From: an uncultured Acidobacteriota bacterium
GTDB taxonomy: Bacteria; Acidobacteriota; Vicinamibacteria; Vicinamibacterales; JAKQTR01
Reading direction: 5' to 3'
NCBI GenBank assembly: GCA_963843385.1
Contig: CAWJJY010000007.1
Coordinates: 858,224 to 922,223 of the forward strand
DNA: 64,000 bases
A model generated the notes under the pieces. That model was not told the origin of the DNA, did no database searches, and saw nothing but the letters and a program-made list of their open reading frames with translations. How positions within the stretch are numbered: position 1 is the stretch's first letter; the number at the start of each line of letters is the position of its first letter. Of this stretch, positions 37,415-47,453 are shown one piece after another. A program made the translations under genes and the position numbers.

Positions 37415-40324
37415 ATGGCCAACGCCCACGACGCATCCCTTCGCTCCGCGTCCGGTTCAGGTTCACGGGACGTCGAGTCGCTGGAAACGGCCCTCCGGTC
37501 CCGCCTCCGCGGCGAAGTGCGATTCGACGCGGGGACCCGCGCGCTTTACGCGACCGATGCCTCGAATTACCGGCAGGTACCGGTCGGTGTCGTGCTGCCT
37601 CGTGATGCCGACGACATCATCGCGACCATCGAAGAATGCCGGCGTGCCGATGTGCCGGTCCTGCCGCGCGGCGCCGGCACGAGCCTGGCGGGCCAGGGGT
37701 GCAACGTCGCGGTCGTCATCGACACGTCGAGGTACTACAACGCCATCCTCTCGGTCGATCCGGCGAGGCGGCAGGCGCGCATTCAGCCCGGCGTCGTCCT
37801 GGACCGGCTTCGAGATGAAGCCGAGCGCCACCATCTGACCTTCGCACCGGACCCCGCGACGCACCGCTGGTGCGCCGTCGGAGGCATGATCGGGAACAAC
37901 TCGTGCGGCGTCCATTCGGTCATGGCGGGCAAGACCGATGACAACGTCGACGAGTTGGACATCCTTACCTACGGCGGCCTGCGCATGCGAGTCGGCCCGA
38001 CCGATCCTGCCGAAATCGATCGGATCATTCGTGACGGCGGGCCGAAGGGCGAGATCTATGCCCGGTTGGTGCGGCTGCGCGACACCTATGCCGATCTGAT
38101 CCGCGCCCGGTATCCCGCGATCCCGCGACGGGTCTCCGGGTACAACCTCGACTACCTGCTCCCCGAACATGGTTTTCACGTCGCCCGTGCACTGGTCGGT
38201 TCGGAGGGGACCTGTGTCACGGTGCTCGAGGCCACCGTCAGGCTCGTGCCGAGTCCTCCGGCCCGGTCGCTGCTCCTGCTCGGGTACGGGGACGTGTACC
38301 TGGCTGGCGATGCCGTGCCGCAGGTCGTCGCATCCGGACCGATTGGCCTTGAAGGCATCGACCAGCTCCTCGTCGAGCACACCCGGCGAAAAGGGCTGAA
38401 CGCCAAGGGGCTCGCGCTCCTGCCCGAAGGCGGAGCCTGGCTCTATGTCGAGTTCGGCGCCGACACGCTGGCGCAGGCCGAGGACCAGGCGCAGCGCCTG
38501 ATGAACGCGCTTGCCGGCGCTCCCGGGGCGCCGTCGATGAAGCTGTTCCGCGACCCGGTCGAGACCGCGCACGCGTGGACGGTGCGGGAGTCCGCGCTCG
38601 GCGCCACCTCCTTCGTCCCGGGCGAGGCGAAGAACTGGGAAGGGTGGGAAGATGCGGCGGTACCTCCGGAGCGGCTGGGCGACTACCTGAGAGCGTTCAG
38701 GAAGCTGCTCGCGCAGCACGGCTTCAAAGGTGCGCTGTACGGTCACTTCGGCCAGGGCTGCATCCACACCCGCATCGATTTCGATCTGAAGACCACCGCG
38801 GGAATCGCGAGGTACCGCCGATTCGTGGAGGAGGCGGCGGACATGGTGGTGGGCTTCGGCGGATCCCTGTCCGGTGAGCACGGCGACGGCCAGTCCCGCG
38901 CCGAGCTGCTGCCGCGGATGTTCGGGCCCGAGCTCGTGAAGGCGTTCGAGGAGTTCAAGGCGATCTGGGATCCCGCGTTCCGGATGAACCCCGGCAAAGT
39001 CGTGCGGCCGAACCGTCTCGACGCGGACCTGCGGCTGCCGCAGTATCACCCATCCGAGGTGGCGACGCATTTCTCGTATCCGGTCGAGGGCAGCTTCTCC
39101 AACGCCGCACTCAGGTGCGTCGGGGTGGGGAAGTGCCGCAAGACCGACACCGGAGCCATGTGCCCCTCCTACATGGTGACGCACGACGAGCGCCACTCAA
39201 CGCGGGGGCGCGCGCGCCTGCTGTTCGAGATGATGCAGGGCGACATCGTGCGCGGAGGGCTCCAGGACGAGGCGGTGCGTGACGCGCTCGATTTGTGCCT
39301 GTCGTGCAAGAGCTGCAAGACCGAATGCCCGGTCGGCGTGGATATGTCGACTTACCGCGCCGAGTTCTTCGCCCACTACTATGAGCATGTCCGCCGGCCC
39401 CTCCGGGCATACGCATTCGGCTTCATGCACGTGTGGGCGCGGCTGGCTGAGTACCTGCCCTGGCTGGCCAATCTCGTCACACAGGTTCGGCCGATGAGCA
39501 CGCTGGTGAAGGCCCTCCTCGGTCTGCATCCGAAGCGGCGGATCCCGCCGTTCGCGGCTCGCAGCTTTCGTCGCACGTTCAAGCCGGTTGCCGGGAACCA
39601 GTTGCGCGATCGTGTCCTGCTGTGGCCCGACACCTGGAACAATCACTTCCACCCCGAAGTCGCACACGCCGCCGTAGAGGTGCTCGAGGCTTCCGGGTTC
39701 CATGTTGAGATTCCCCGCGAACATCTCTGCTGCGGGCGGCCGCTCTACGATTACGGGATGCTGGATGTCGCGAGGCGCCGGCTGGAGCGAATCCTGAAGA
39801 GCCTGGGACCCGAGATCGAGGCCGGGGTTCCGCTGGTCGGTCTCGAGCCGAGCTGCGTGTCGGTCTTTCGCGACGAACTGCCCAACCTTCTCCCCGGCAA
39901 CGCACTGGCCCGTCGATTGAGCAACCAGACCTATCTGCTCACTGAGTTCCTCCATCACTCCGGCAAGCCGGTGCCGGCGCGCTTCGACGCTCGAACCATC
40001 CTGCACCCGCACTGTCACCAGAGAGCGGTGCTTCGTCTCGACGATGAGGTCGCGGTGATGAAGGATGCCGGGCTGGAGGTGACCGTCCTGGATTCCGGAT
40101 GCTGCGGCATGGCCGGCGCGTTCGGCTTCGAACGCGAGCACTACGAGGTCTCAATGGGAGCGGGGGAGCGGGTGCTGCTGCCTGCGGTGCGCGAGGCCCT
40201 CCCAGGCACGCTGGTGGTCACCAGCGGCTTCAGCTGTCGAGAGCAGATCGAGCAGGCCACCGGGCGCCGGGTGTGGCACGTCGCCGAGGTTCTGCGGGAA
40301 GCGATCCGGCGCCGGCCTTCGTAG
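37415..40324 (+). CDS. FAD-binding and Fe-S-binding oxidoreductase (GlcD/GlcF-like fusion)
   Basis: RGAGTSLAGQ, GSEGT, SGEHGDG, CVGVGKC, CLSCKSCKTECP, CCG domains. Confidence 0.92.
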   Translation: MANAHDASLRSASGSGSRDVESLETALRSRLRGEVRFDAGTRALYATDASNYRQVPVGVVLPRDADDIIATIEECRRADVPVLPRGAGTSLAGQGCNVAVVIDTSRYYNAILSVDPARRQARIQPGVVLDRLRDEAERHHLTFAPDPATHRWCAVGGMIGNNSCGVHSVMAGKTDDNVDELDILTYGGLRMRVGPTDPAEIDRIIRDGGPKGEIYARLVRLRDTYADLIRARYPAIPRRVSGYNLDYLLPEHGFHVARALVGSEGTCVTVLEATVRLVPSPPARSLLLLGYGDVYLAGDAVPQVVASGPIGLEGIDQLLVEHTRRKGLNAKGLALLPEGGAWLYVEFGADTLAQAEDQAQRLMNALAGAPGAPSMKLFRDPVETAHAWTVRESALGATSFVPGEAKNWEGWEDAAVPPERLGDYLRAFRKLLAQHGFKGALYGHFGQGCIHTRIDFDLKTTAGIARYRRFVEEAADMVVGFGGSLSGEHGDGQSRAELLPRMFGPELVKAFEEFKAIWDPAFRMNPGKVVRPNRLDADLRLPQYHPSEVATHFSYPVEGSFSNAALRCVGVGKCRKTDTGAMCPSYMVTHDERHSTRGRARLLFEMMQGDIVRGGLQDEAVRDALDLCLSCKSCKTECPVGVDMSTYRAEFFAHYYEHVRRPLRAYAFGFMHVWARLAEYLPWLANLVTQVRPMSTLVKALLGLHPKRRIPPFAARSFRRTFKPVAGNQLRDRVLLWPDTWNNHFHPEVAHAAVEVLEASGFHVEIPREHLCCGRPLYDYGMLDVARRRLERILKSLGPEIEAGVPLVGLEPSCVSVFRDELPNLLPGNALARRLSNQTYLLTEFLHHSGKPVPARFDARTILHPHCHQRAVLRLDDEVAVMKDAGLEVTVLDSGCCGMAGAFGFEREHYEVSMGAGERVLLPAVREALPGTLVVTSGFSCREQIEQATGRRVWHVAEVLREAIRRRPS

Positions 40325-40372
40325 CGAGAGCTCTGGGAGCGGACCAAGCCGAGTGATTCCAGCGAGAGTCGG

Positions 40373-41197
40373 CTAGAGATTCCTGGTCGCGAGCACTTCC
40401 CGGACCGGCGTGCGGTCGCCGTTGCAGCTGATGCGGCGCGGCCCCGACAGGCTGGTCAGCCGGTAGCCGAGGCGCCTGTACAGGCGGCGAATCCTGGAAG
40501 TGGCCTGATTGACCAGCACGACGGGACCTCTGTGGCGTGAGAGCCATTCGGCCGTCCGCACCTGGTCGTCCCAGGTGAAGCCGCCGCTCGAGTACTGCCG
40601 GAACTCCACGTCGTAGGGCGGGTCGGCATACACGAAATCGTCCGGCTGAAGGTCCACGCGTTCGAAGTCGGCCGACCCCAATGTCCAGCGCCTGAACACA
40701 GATCGAAACGCACCGAAGTCGCGTAGGTAGTTGATGTGCCGATATCGGCCGAACGGCACGTTGAAGGAGCCTCGCCGGTTGAATCTGCACAATCCGTTGT
40801 AGCCCGTGCGGTTGAGATAGTAGAAGAGCGCCGCGCTCTCGCACCCGGAGGCCTCGCCAGCCTGCTGCAGGTCGTTGAACCGCGAACGGTGGCGATAATA
40901 CGCATCGCGATCGTTCTCCATGGGGAGATCGATGTGGAGCCCTCGTTTGAGCCAGGCGTAGAAATTGACGAGGTGTGGATTGATATCGTTGAGGAGTGCC
41001 CGCTCGGGCCGCAGCGCCAGGCTCAAGGCCGCCCCCCCGCAGAAGGGCTCGACGAGGCGCCGGCTCGTGTGCCCGGCCCACAGCGGCTCGAGCATCGGGA
41101 CCTGCCAACGCTTACCGCCCGCCCACTTGAGGGGGGGACGGATGGCCGGCGGAGGCGCCGTCCCGGGAACCGACACGCGGCCGGGCGCGAGGTGCAT
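40373..41197 (-). CDS. dam: Dam-family (D12 class) DNA adenine methyltransferase
   Basis: LKWAGGK, EPFCGGAA, LNRTGYNGL.R.N..G.FNVPFG, YADPPY. Confidence 0.92.
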   Translation of the reverse strand: MHLAPGRVSVPGTAPPPAIRPPLKWAGGKRWQVPMLEPLWAGHTSRRLVEPFCGGAALSLALRPERALLNDINPHLVNFYAWLKRGLHIDLPMENDRDAYYRHRSRFNDLQQAGEASGCESAALFYYLNRTGYNGLCRFNRRGSFNVPFGRYRHINYLRDFGAFRSVFRRWTLGSADFERVDLQPDDFVYADPPYDVEFRQYSSGGFTWDDQVRTAEWLSRHRGPVVLVNQATSRIRRLYRRLGYRLTSLSGPRRISCNGDRTPVREVLATRNL

Positions 41198-41235
41198 GGA
41201 CGACGAGTATAGCGAAGAAAGCGCGGCGGGGCTGC

Positions 41236-41490
41236 GTGGCGGTCGCGAAGCTCAGCACCGCAGTGCTGCTGGACGTCGGCCTGCACAATCCATCGGCGGC
41301 CGCAATTGCGCGGAGTCAGGAGTCGGAGTGGGTCTTGGCCCGGCGCCTGCTCGCGCCGCTGCCCCCGGGCGTGCTGCTGCTGGCCGACCGCCTCGATGGC
41401 TGCGCCGCGTTTGCCGTCCACCCGCTCGTCGCGTGTCAGCGCGTGGGGAGTGGCTTTCTCATTCGCGCGCGCACCGGGATCGCGGTGACC
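41236..41490 (+). mobile_element. IS4-family transposase internal fragment
   Basis: AKLSTAVLLDVGLHNP.AAAI..SQESEW.LA..LL..LP...LLLADR resembles the DDE core; lacks N- and C-termini. Confidence 0.6.
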
Positions 41491-41582
41491 ACGCGCGACC
41501 GACTGCGTATGTACTGCGGTAGAGTCTCGCGCGTGCCGGAAACCTCAGATGGGCAAGTACAAGACTCTCCTCGGCCCGGCGA

Positions 41583-42389
41583 ATGTCCTCCCTTCCTGAT
41601 GCGTTGTTGCGCGCCGCGCACGCCGAGTTCTTGAAGATCTGGGCCTCGCGCGTTCCCCTCGTCTTCCTGCTCTCGATCCCGGTCGGCTGTTATCTCGTGG
41701 TGTTCGAGCTCTACCACCAGGAGCACGTGGACGTGAATCTTCCCGTGCGCCACGCCTTGCACGCGGTGCCGATGCTGTTCTACGTGACGTGGAAGATGTT
41801 GCTCTTCGAGGCGGCGGTGCTGGCGTTCGCGGCCTTCTGGGCCACCGTTGACAGCCAATATGGAATGGTGCGAGTCGTGGGCGCGCAACCGCTCTCGCGA
41901 GTCGAGTATCTGCTGAGTAAGTGGCTCGGCATCAGCGGCCACCTTGTACTCGTGACAGGTGCGCTGATCCTCTCGCTCGTGGGCTGGGCCGTGATCTACT
42001 CCGGCGTGCGCGGTATCGGTGCGCAGGACGTGGCGATGCTCCTGCGTTTCAGTCTCGAGCTCCTCGTGCTGACGCTGGCACTTGGCGGGATAGGAATGGC
42101 CACCGCTTCATTCCGACGCACGATTGGCTCGGGCATGGTGACGTCCATGGGGGCATTCATCGGCCTGTCGGTCATGATGATGCTGCCGTTCGACGTTGTT
42201 CCGCCGCGCTTCGTGTTCGTCAGGTACTTCTTCTTCCCGACGCAGGAGTTTCCGAGCCCGATCCCGGGCCTGGACATATTCCTGAGGCTGTACTCGCGCT
42301 CCGACTTCTACACCGTCGTCATCCGGACTCCGCTGATCCTCGCGATTCCGGCCGTGCTGTACTTTCGACGGCGCGATATCACCGAGTGA
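41583..42389 (+). CDS. ABC-2 type transporter permease (no partner ATPase nearby)
   Basis: AEFLKI start, PLSR.EYLLSK, ~6 TM, terminal FRRRDI. Confidence 0.85.
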   Translation: MSSLPDALLRAAHAEFLKIWASRVPLVFLLSIPVGCYLVVFELYHQEHVDVNLPVRHALHAVPMLFYVTWKMLLFEAAVLAFAAFWATVDSQYGMVRVVGAQPLSRVEYLLSKWLGISGHLVLVTGALILSLVGWAVIYSGVRGIGAQDVAMLLRFSLELLVLTLALGGIGMATASFRRTIGSGMVTSMGAFIGLSVMMMLPFDVVPPRFVFVRYFFFPTQEFPSPIPGLDIFLRLYSRSDFYTVVIRTPLILAIPAVLYFRRRDITE

Positions 42390-42431
42390 GTCGAAGCACA
42401 GGTCGCGTTGGTTGGCTCGGGTCCACAGCGC

Positions 42432-42618
42432 AGAAAGTGACGAGGTGTGGATTGATATCGTCGACGAGTGCCCGCTCAGGCCGCAGCGCCAGGCTCAAGG
42501 CCGCACCGCCGCAGAAGGGCTCGACGAGCCGGCGGCTCGTACGCCCGGCCGATGGCGGCTCGAGCATCGGGACCTGCCAACGCTTACCGCCCGCTCATTC
42601 GAGCAGGGGACGGATGGC
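42432..42618 (-). pseudogene. truncated duplicate of dam 5' region
   Basis: ~187-bp near copy of 40960-41146, with LKWAGG changed to LE*AGG. Confidence 0.85.
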
Positions 42619-42882
42619 GAGAGCGCTGGTGCGCGGAGGCAGGTGAGCGGCTGGGTCGGCGCTATGCACGTGAGTCGACGGCGGCGGCGACAGGTGCCGT
42701 ACGTGGAGAGGGCCGCACGGTTTGCCATGCGGCCCTTGTGGTTGCGGGGGCGTGCAACCAGCGGTACTTGCAGCTGTGGAGGGGGGCGGCGTGAGATAGC
42801 GTCCCTAGTAAACATCCAACTGCTGCGATGCTCGCCCCGTCGGGGGTTTACCCGCGTTGCGGCTGCGAGTCGGGGGACTTCC

Positions 42883-43677
42883 CTAGTTAGGGGGGAACGG
42901 ATCCAGTTCGTGATCCGGCTTGTAGTCATCAGGGTGGCGGTCGCCCTTCGTGCCTTGCGGCTGTGCCGTCCCATCGGCCCGGACATACATCCCGACGCAA
43001 CCACGTCGACCGAAGCGATCGACATCGCCAAGGTGAACCCAGCCGTACAGATCGAGGCCGTAGGCGCAGAACCATACGCCTGGAGTGTCCGACTCGATCC
43101 AGACGCACTCGTACACGCACTTCCCGTTGCGCGTCACCAGACGATCCACTCTGCCGAGTCCGCGATTGAATCGAAGCACCCGCACCATCTCCGGCACGAT
43201 CGCATGAACCGGCTGAAACTTACCGGTCTCCTTGTCGCCTTCAGCGAGCGGCGGGAACGTCATGAATTGCTGACCAGCATTCAGAAACTCTCCGTACAGC
43301 GCGGCGTGAAAGCCGAAGACCCATCGCCTGATGATGGCGCGGAGGTCGAAGCCGCCCGCGGCGACGAATAGCTGCCCGTCCACGGCGATGCCCGCCATGA
43401 ACTGCATCCTCAGATGCTCGGGATCGGGCGCTTGGTTGTGCAGAATGCCGACCAGTTGTCCTATGGTCTGATCCTCTAGATGACGATCGTGGTTGCAGAG
43501 GTAGTGTGTCGGGAGAATCAGCGGAAAATGTCGATCAGCCTCCAGAAAGATCGCCGATGGCGGGACGTGATCCCGATTTTTCTGATCGCCGTCCTGAAAT
43601 GGCAAGCCGCAGAGATAGCAGAACGCGAGTTCCTGGGCGGGTCGTATGGCCTGTTGCGTTCGCAGTTCGATCGGCAC
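42883..43677 (-). CDS. HNH-like zinc-binding nuclease candidate
   Basis: CYLCG...NRDHVPP..IF...LILPTHYLCN pattern of HNH/treble-clef nucleases; unknown C-terminal domain. Confidence 0.6.
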   Translation of the reverse strand: MPIELRTQQAIRPAQELAFCYLCGLPFQDGDQKNRDHVPPSAIFLEADRHFPLILPTHYLCNHDRHLEDQTIGQLVGILHNQAPDPEHLRMQFMAGIAVDGQLFVAAGGFDLRAIIRRWVFGFHAALYGEFLNAGQQFMTFPPLAEGDKETGKFQPVHAIVPEMVRVLRFNRGLGRVDRLVTRNGKCVYECVWIESDTPGVWFCAYGLDLYGWVHLGDVDRFGRRGCVGMYVRADGTAQPQGTKGDRHPDDYKPDHELDPFPPN

Positions 43678-43696
43678 GACGAAGCTCCGCGATCGA

Positions 43697-45163
43697 CTAG
43701 GGCAGCCTCCGGGTCTTTCCTTGATCGTGCGGAAAATCCCGCCAGTCGAAGTAGTCGCCCGAATAGCCGAATAGCTTCAGGAACACGCGGTCAAGAAAAC
43801 TGATCAGAAAGCAGAATTCTTCGAGCGGCGTCGCCGCTGGTGTCACCTTCGCCCATTCCTCGGCGGTCCCACCCTGGCAGTAGAACTGGCCGGTGTGAAC
43901 CAGGTAGTCCCGGCACAGAATGAACAGCTCGATCTCCTTCGACGGGACCGTCAGCGACGTGTGCCGACAGAGCGCCTTGAGGATTCCGCGAAATGCCGCT
44001 CTGTTCAGACCTCGGACCTTTCCTTCTGACGCGATCATCTCCACCCTGTCGGCTGGAATCCCGGCATTCTCAAGGATTGGGCGTATCGTGTTCACGATGC
44101 CCCCGACGAGCGGCTGAAACGTGGCGTCTGGCACGGCGTATTCGCCGACGTCCGACACGCCAGAGCGCAGGAAGGTGTGCTTCAGCTTTTCGATCGCGAG
44201 GGCGAGCTTTCCTGCGCGCGTTTCGAGGAAATCGTGCTCAACCTTCGCGTCGAGGTAGGCATCCACTACCGAGCGGTCGGATTTCAGTACAGCCGACGTT
44301 GATAACGCCGCAGCCCCGCTCTGAACGAAAGCCGCGCTGGCTGCACGGTTGTCATGGTCGCCGCGAAGTGGAGCCCACGGCGAGTACGCTTTCACGATGC
44401 TCGAGCGATGCGTCGTATGAACAATCTGGTTACCGCTGAAGTCGTGCCGGTAGATCCACACGACCTTCGTACCGCGCATCACTGACAACGCCACGCCGAG
44501 ATCGCTCACGGCACCGACGAGGTCCGCACCGTTGACACCGTCCGTCTTCGGAACCACAAGCTCTGCGAGCACTTCGGCCGACTTGTGCGTCATGACGCGC
44601 CGATGCAGATGATCCGCCTCTTCGACAGGCACGATCGCTCCTTTGATCGTTCGGTCTCCGACCGTCAGCGTCACGGGCAGACCGCGCGTGTGGTGGGTCC
44701 CGCCTGGCCGCGGGATAGTGACGCCGACCGTGCCGTCGAAATCAAAGTTCACGAGGCCGAAGCGGTGATCCGTCACTGCGAGCGTCGTCACGCGGGAGCA
44801 CTCAAGCTGGTTCAGTCGGAGCGCGGCGTAACGTCCTTCGATGGACGTCTTCGGTAGGTAGTTCGTCGATCGAGCATTTCCCTCGCTGGTCAGGGTCCAC
44901 CCTTCCGACGTGACGCCCGTGAAGCCTGTCGGCTCGGATTGGTCACCGCCACCGAACCAGCGAAACGCGCCGTCATTCGCATAGTGGCCGAGCACGACGA
45001 TCCGCCCATCGGGAAACTGCGCAGCGTTGAAAGTCAACACATTCGACGCTCCGTCGTCCCAGGTGACCGTCCCGGTTCCCGAATACGAAATGAGCGCCCG
45101 GCCATAGTCATCGAGCGGAAGATCGATAGACGCCTGTAATGGTTGAACAAGAGGCGCGGACAT
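43697..45163 (-). CDS. ApeA-like HEPN domain protein
   Basis: beta-rich N-terminus, helical C-terminus with LAIEKL and R-x4-H motif RDYLVH. Confidence 0.6.
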   Translation of the reverse strand: MSAPLVQPLQASIDLPLDDYGRALISYSGTGTVTWDDGASNVLTFNAAQFPDGRIVVLGHYANDGAFRWFGGGDQSEPTGFTGVTSEGWTLTSEGNARSTNYLPKTSIEGRYAALRLNQLECSRVTTLAVTDHRFGLVNFDFDGTVGVTIPRPGGTHHTRGLPVTLTVGDRTIKGAIVPVEEADHLHRRVMTHKSAEVLAELVVPKTDGVNGADLVGAVSDLGVALSVMRGTKVVWIYRHDFSGNQIVHTTHRSSIVKAYSPWAPLRGDHDNRAASAAFVQSGAAALSTSAVLKSDRSVVDAYLDAKVEHDFLETRAGKLALAIEKLKHTFLRSGVSDVGEYAVPDATFQPLVGGIVNTIRPILENAGIPADRVEMIASEGKVRGLNRAAFRGILKALCRHTSLTVPSKEIELFILCRDYLVHTGQFYCQGGTAEEWAKVTPAATPLEEFCFLISFLDRVFLKLFGYSGDYFDWRDFPHDQGKTRRLP

Positions 45164-45232
45164 GCATTCTTCTCCGACGCGACCGTGATTCTGATTCGTT
45201 ATAACGTCGTATCCGTCATTGGCGACTACTCA

Positions 45233-45577
45233 TCACGCGGCAACGACCGTGATTCGACCACCCTTGCGCGAACGAGCCTTGCGACGAATGACGATCTCGA
45301 CGTCCTGGTCGAGTGCCGTCAACAGGTTCATCAGGCGTTCGACGGAGAAGCCCTCCAGCTTGTAGCGACGAAGCGCGGAAACCTTCGGCTGCGTCACTCC
45401 CAACACCTTGGCGGCATCCGCCTGCGAGATCTTGCGCGCTTCAAGCTCCTGATTCAACGCATACGCTAGGCGCAGCCTGGCCTGCCGCTCGGCAGCATCA
45501 GAAAACCCGAGATCCGCGAAGACGTTTCCGGTCCCACGGGTTACCGGTTCTTTCCCTTCAGCGCTTTTGCCTGCCAT
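45233..45577 (-). CDS. HigA-like XRE/HTH antitoxin
   Basis: GNVFADLG, SQADAAKVLGVTQPKVS, FSVERL..LL.AL..DVEI. Confidence 0.9.
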   Translation of the reverse strand: MAGKSAEGKEPVTRGTGNVFADLGFSDAAERQARLRLAYALNQELEARKISQADAAKVLGVTQPKVSALRRYKLEGFSVERLMNLLTALDQDVEIVIRRKARSRKGGRITVVAA

Positions 45578-45941
45578 GGTGTTCCTCGTAATCCCTCTCA
45601 GCGGTTTTCAACCGTTCTGCGACAAGATCGACATCCCGCTTGGCCGTCCGGATGCCGGACGGGGACTTCTTCTGGAACGCGTGGAGGACGTACAACGCCT
45701 TCTCGAATCGAACGGTGTACACCGCTCGATAGGCGTTTCCGTCGTGCGACTCGACGATCTCCAGCACTCCAGGACCGAGCCCCTTCCAAGGCTTCGCCGT
45801 TGGCGCGGTACCGCCGAACTGCGCGATACCCAGAGCGTTGCCCATTTCCTCCTTGGCCGCCGCAGGAAAGCCCAGGAAATCGCGCTTGGAGGACCCCACC
45901 CAATGCAGCGGTCTCTCGTCGGCCGCCAGGACACGTCGCAC
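45558..45941 (-). CDS. HigB/RelE-like (Gp49-type) toxin
   Basis: WVGSS..D...FP, KP.KGLG.GV.EI, YR.VY, YVLHAFQKKS. Confidence 0.9.
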   Translation of the reverse strand: MRRVLAADERPLHWVGSSKRDFLGFPAAAKEEMGNALGIAQFGGTAPTAKPWKGLGPGVLEIVESHDGNAYRAVYTVRFEKALYVLHAFQKKSPSGIRTAKRDVDLVAERLKTAERDYEEHHGRQKR

Positions 45942-45947
45942 CTCACG

Positions 45948-45976
45948 ATTATCCCAGTTCTGGAATATTCAAGCAA
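45948..45976 (-). promoter_or_regulatory. higBA promoter with overlapping palindromic operator
   Basis: TTGCTT-17-GATAAT on the minus strand; near-palindrome TATCCCAGTTCTGGAATA at 45950-45967. Confidence 0.55.
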
Positions 45977-46422
45977 GCATGTGATCTCGCCGCCGACCTC
46001 CAGAGGGGGAACAGGAGGGGAATAGGGCCCCGGGCGAGGTGTTCCCCCTCTCCTGTATCCAGTTCATCGGTCACAGCGAGCGACGCGGAAGCGGCACCGT
46101 CTGGCGCAGATCGAAACCGAGTGGCCGTATTAGAAATGGGCCACGTGGCTTCACCACGGGTTCTTTGTCGGTAGGGGGATATGCAACGCCCTACGACCCA
46201 CGTACCGGCTCCGGCTCGCCCCGATCCGCTTCGAGAGGTGACAGGCTCAGGGAGACTGCCGGCAACGAACGGGTTCAAATCCCCTGGCCCGTACATGGCG
46301 AGGGCCGCACGGTTTGCCATGCGGCCCTTCTGGTTGCGGGGGAAAGGCAACGCGGCCCCTCGAGTGGGCTCGGGGCCGTGGTTGCCGGCAAGGAAGGGTT
46401 CAAATCCCCTGAGCGCAAATGG

Positions 46423-46453
46423 AAAAGGCCACGAGGTTGATCCTCGTGGCCTT
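46423..46453 (-). terminator. intrinsic terminator of tRNA gene
   Basis: perfect 12-bp stem AAGGCCACGAGG/CCTCGTGGCCTT with 5-nt loop and short T tail. Confidence 0.75.
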
Positions 46454-46455
46454 CA

Positions 46456-46532
<77 letters not shown>

Positions 46533-46614
46533 TCAAAGAGGCAGCCACCTGCCTCACAATCGATCTACTTTAGCACGTCGTCACCGGCCGGCGCAATTTC
46601 CGGCGCCCGAACGG

Positions 46615-46971
46615 CTAGTTGGCTTTCTTGGCTGCCCGGACGTCGCGAACGATGAAGACCTTCTCTCCGGGCTTGATCATGCCAAGATCACCCCTCGCGC
46701 GCTCCTCGATGGTGGCGGGGTCGGTCAAGAGGCGGTCCTTCATTCCGCGCATTCGCGTGTTCTCGGCCTTGGTGCGCAGGTTCCGTTCAACGAGCCGCGC
46801 ATAGTCCTGGCGAGTGCGCATCAGGGCCAGCAGGCCCTTCTCGCCGACCAGGCTGTCCATCACGAACACGCAGAACAGGAAGACCAGCACCGTGTAAAGG
46901 GTGCGACGGCCACGGCCCGCCTTGGCGGCGGGAGGGCGGGCTGAGGAGGATGACGTCTTTGAGCCTGGCAT
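46615..46971 (-). CDS. ftsB: septum formation initiator FtsB/DivIC
   Basis: TM, G.KGL, coiled coil, DP..IE..AR..LGMIKPGE. Confidence 0.85.
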   Translation of the reverse strand: MPGSKTSSSSARPPAAKAGRGRRTLYTVLVFLFCVFVMDSLVGEKGLLALMRTRQDYARLVERNLRTKAENTRMRGMKDRLLTDPATIEERARGDLGMIKPGEKVFIVRDVRAAKKAN

Positions 46972-47101
46972 GAGTCGAATTGGGGTGGGCCAGGGTCTGC
47001 CGGAGGTACAGATCCCCCCACGCCAGCATCTGTTGTACCCTAAGTCGGAAAAAAAGTACAGGCCCAAATTTCTTAGCTTGCCGGATTCCTTCGAGGCACC
47101 C

Positions 47102-47434
47102 ATGGAAGCCACCGACGCGCTGGTTGTGCTGACGACGCTGCCCGATACGGGCGATCCCTTCGATCTGGCACGCACGCTGGTCGAAGAGCGGCTGGCGGCT
47201 TGTGTGAGCGTGCTCGCGGGAATGGACTCGACGTATCGCTGGCAGGGGAGCATCGAATCCGCGCGAGAGCGCCAGCTCATCATCAAGACCACCCGTCCGC
47301 GTGTCGCGGAACTCGAAGCGCGGCTGCGGGCCCTCCACCCCTACGAGACGCCGGAGTTCCTGGTCCTCCAGGTCTCGTCCGGTGCCGCGGCGTACATGCG
47401 CTGGCTGCGCGAGTCGACGACCTCTGAGCTATGA
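47102..47434 (+). CDS. cutA: divalent-cation tolerance protein CutA
   Basis: LVEERLAACV, S.Y.WQG, IKT, HPYETPE. Confidence 0.93.
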   Translation: MEATDALVVLTTLPDTGDPFDLARTLVEERLAACVSVLAGMDSTYRWQGSIESARERQLIIKTTRPRVAELEARLRALHPYETPEFLVLQVSSGAAAYMRWLRESTTSEL

Positions 47435-47453
47435 TGCTGTCCGGAACGCCGCG

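Larger units (their letters stand above)
42697..46342. mobile_element. integrase-less islet bounded by 54-bp direct repeats containing the tRNA-fMet 3' end
   Basis: 42697-42750 and 46289-46342 match at 51/54 nt; each ends in TGGTTGCGGGGG, the reverse complement of the tRNA 3' end. Confidence 0.75.

Noticed and set aside
40373..46342. Prophage interpretation of the dam/TA region
   Set aside because: No structural, terminase, replication or integrase genes.
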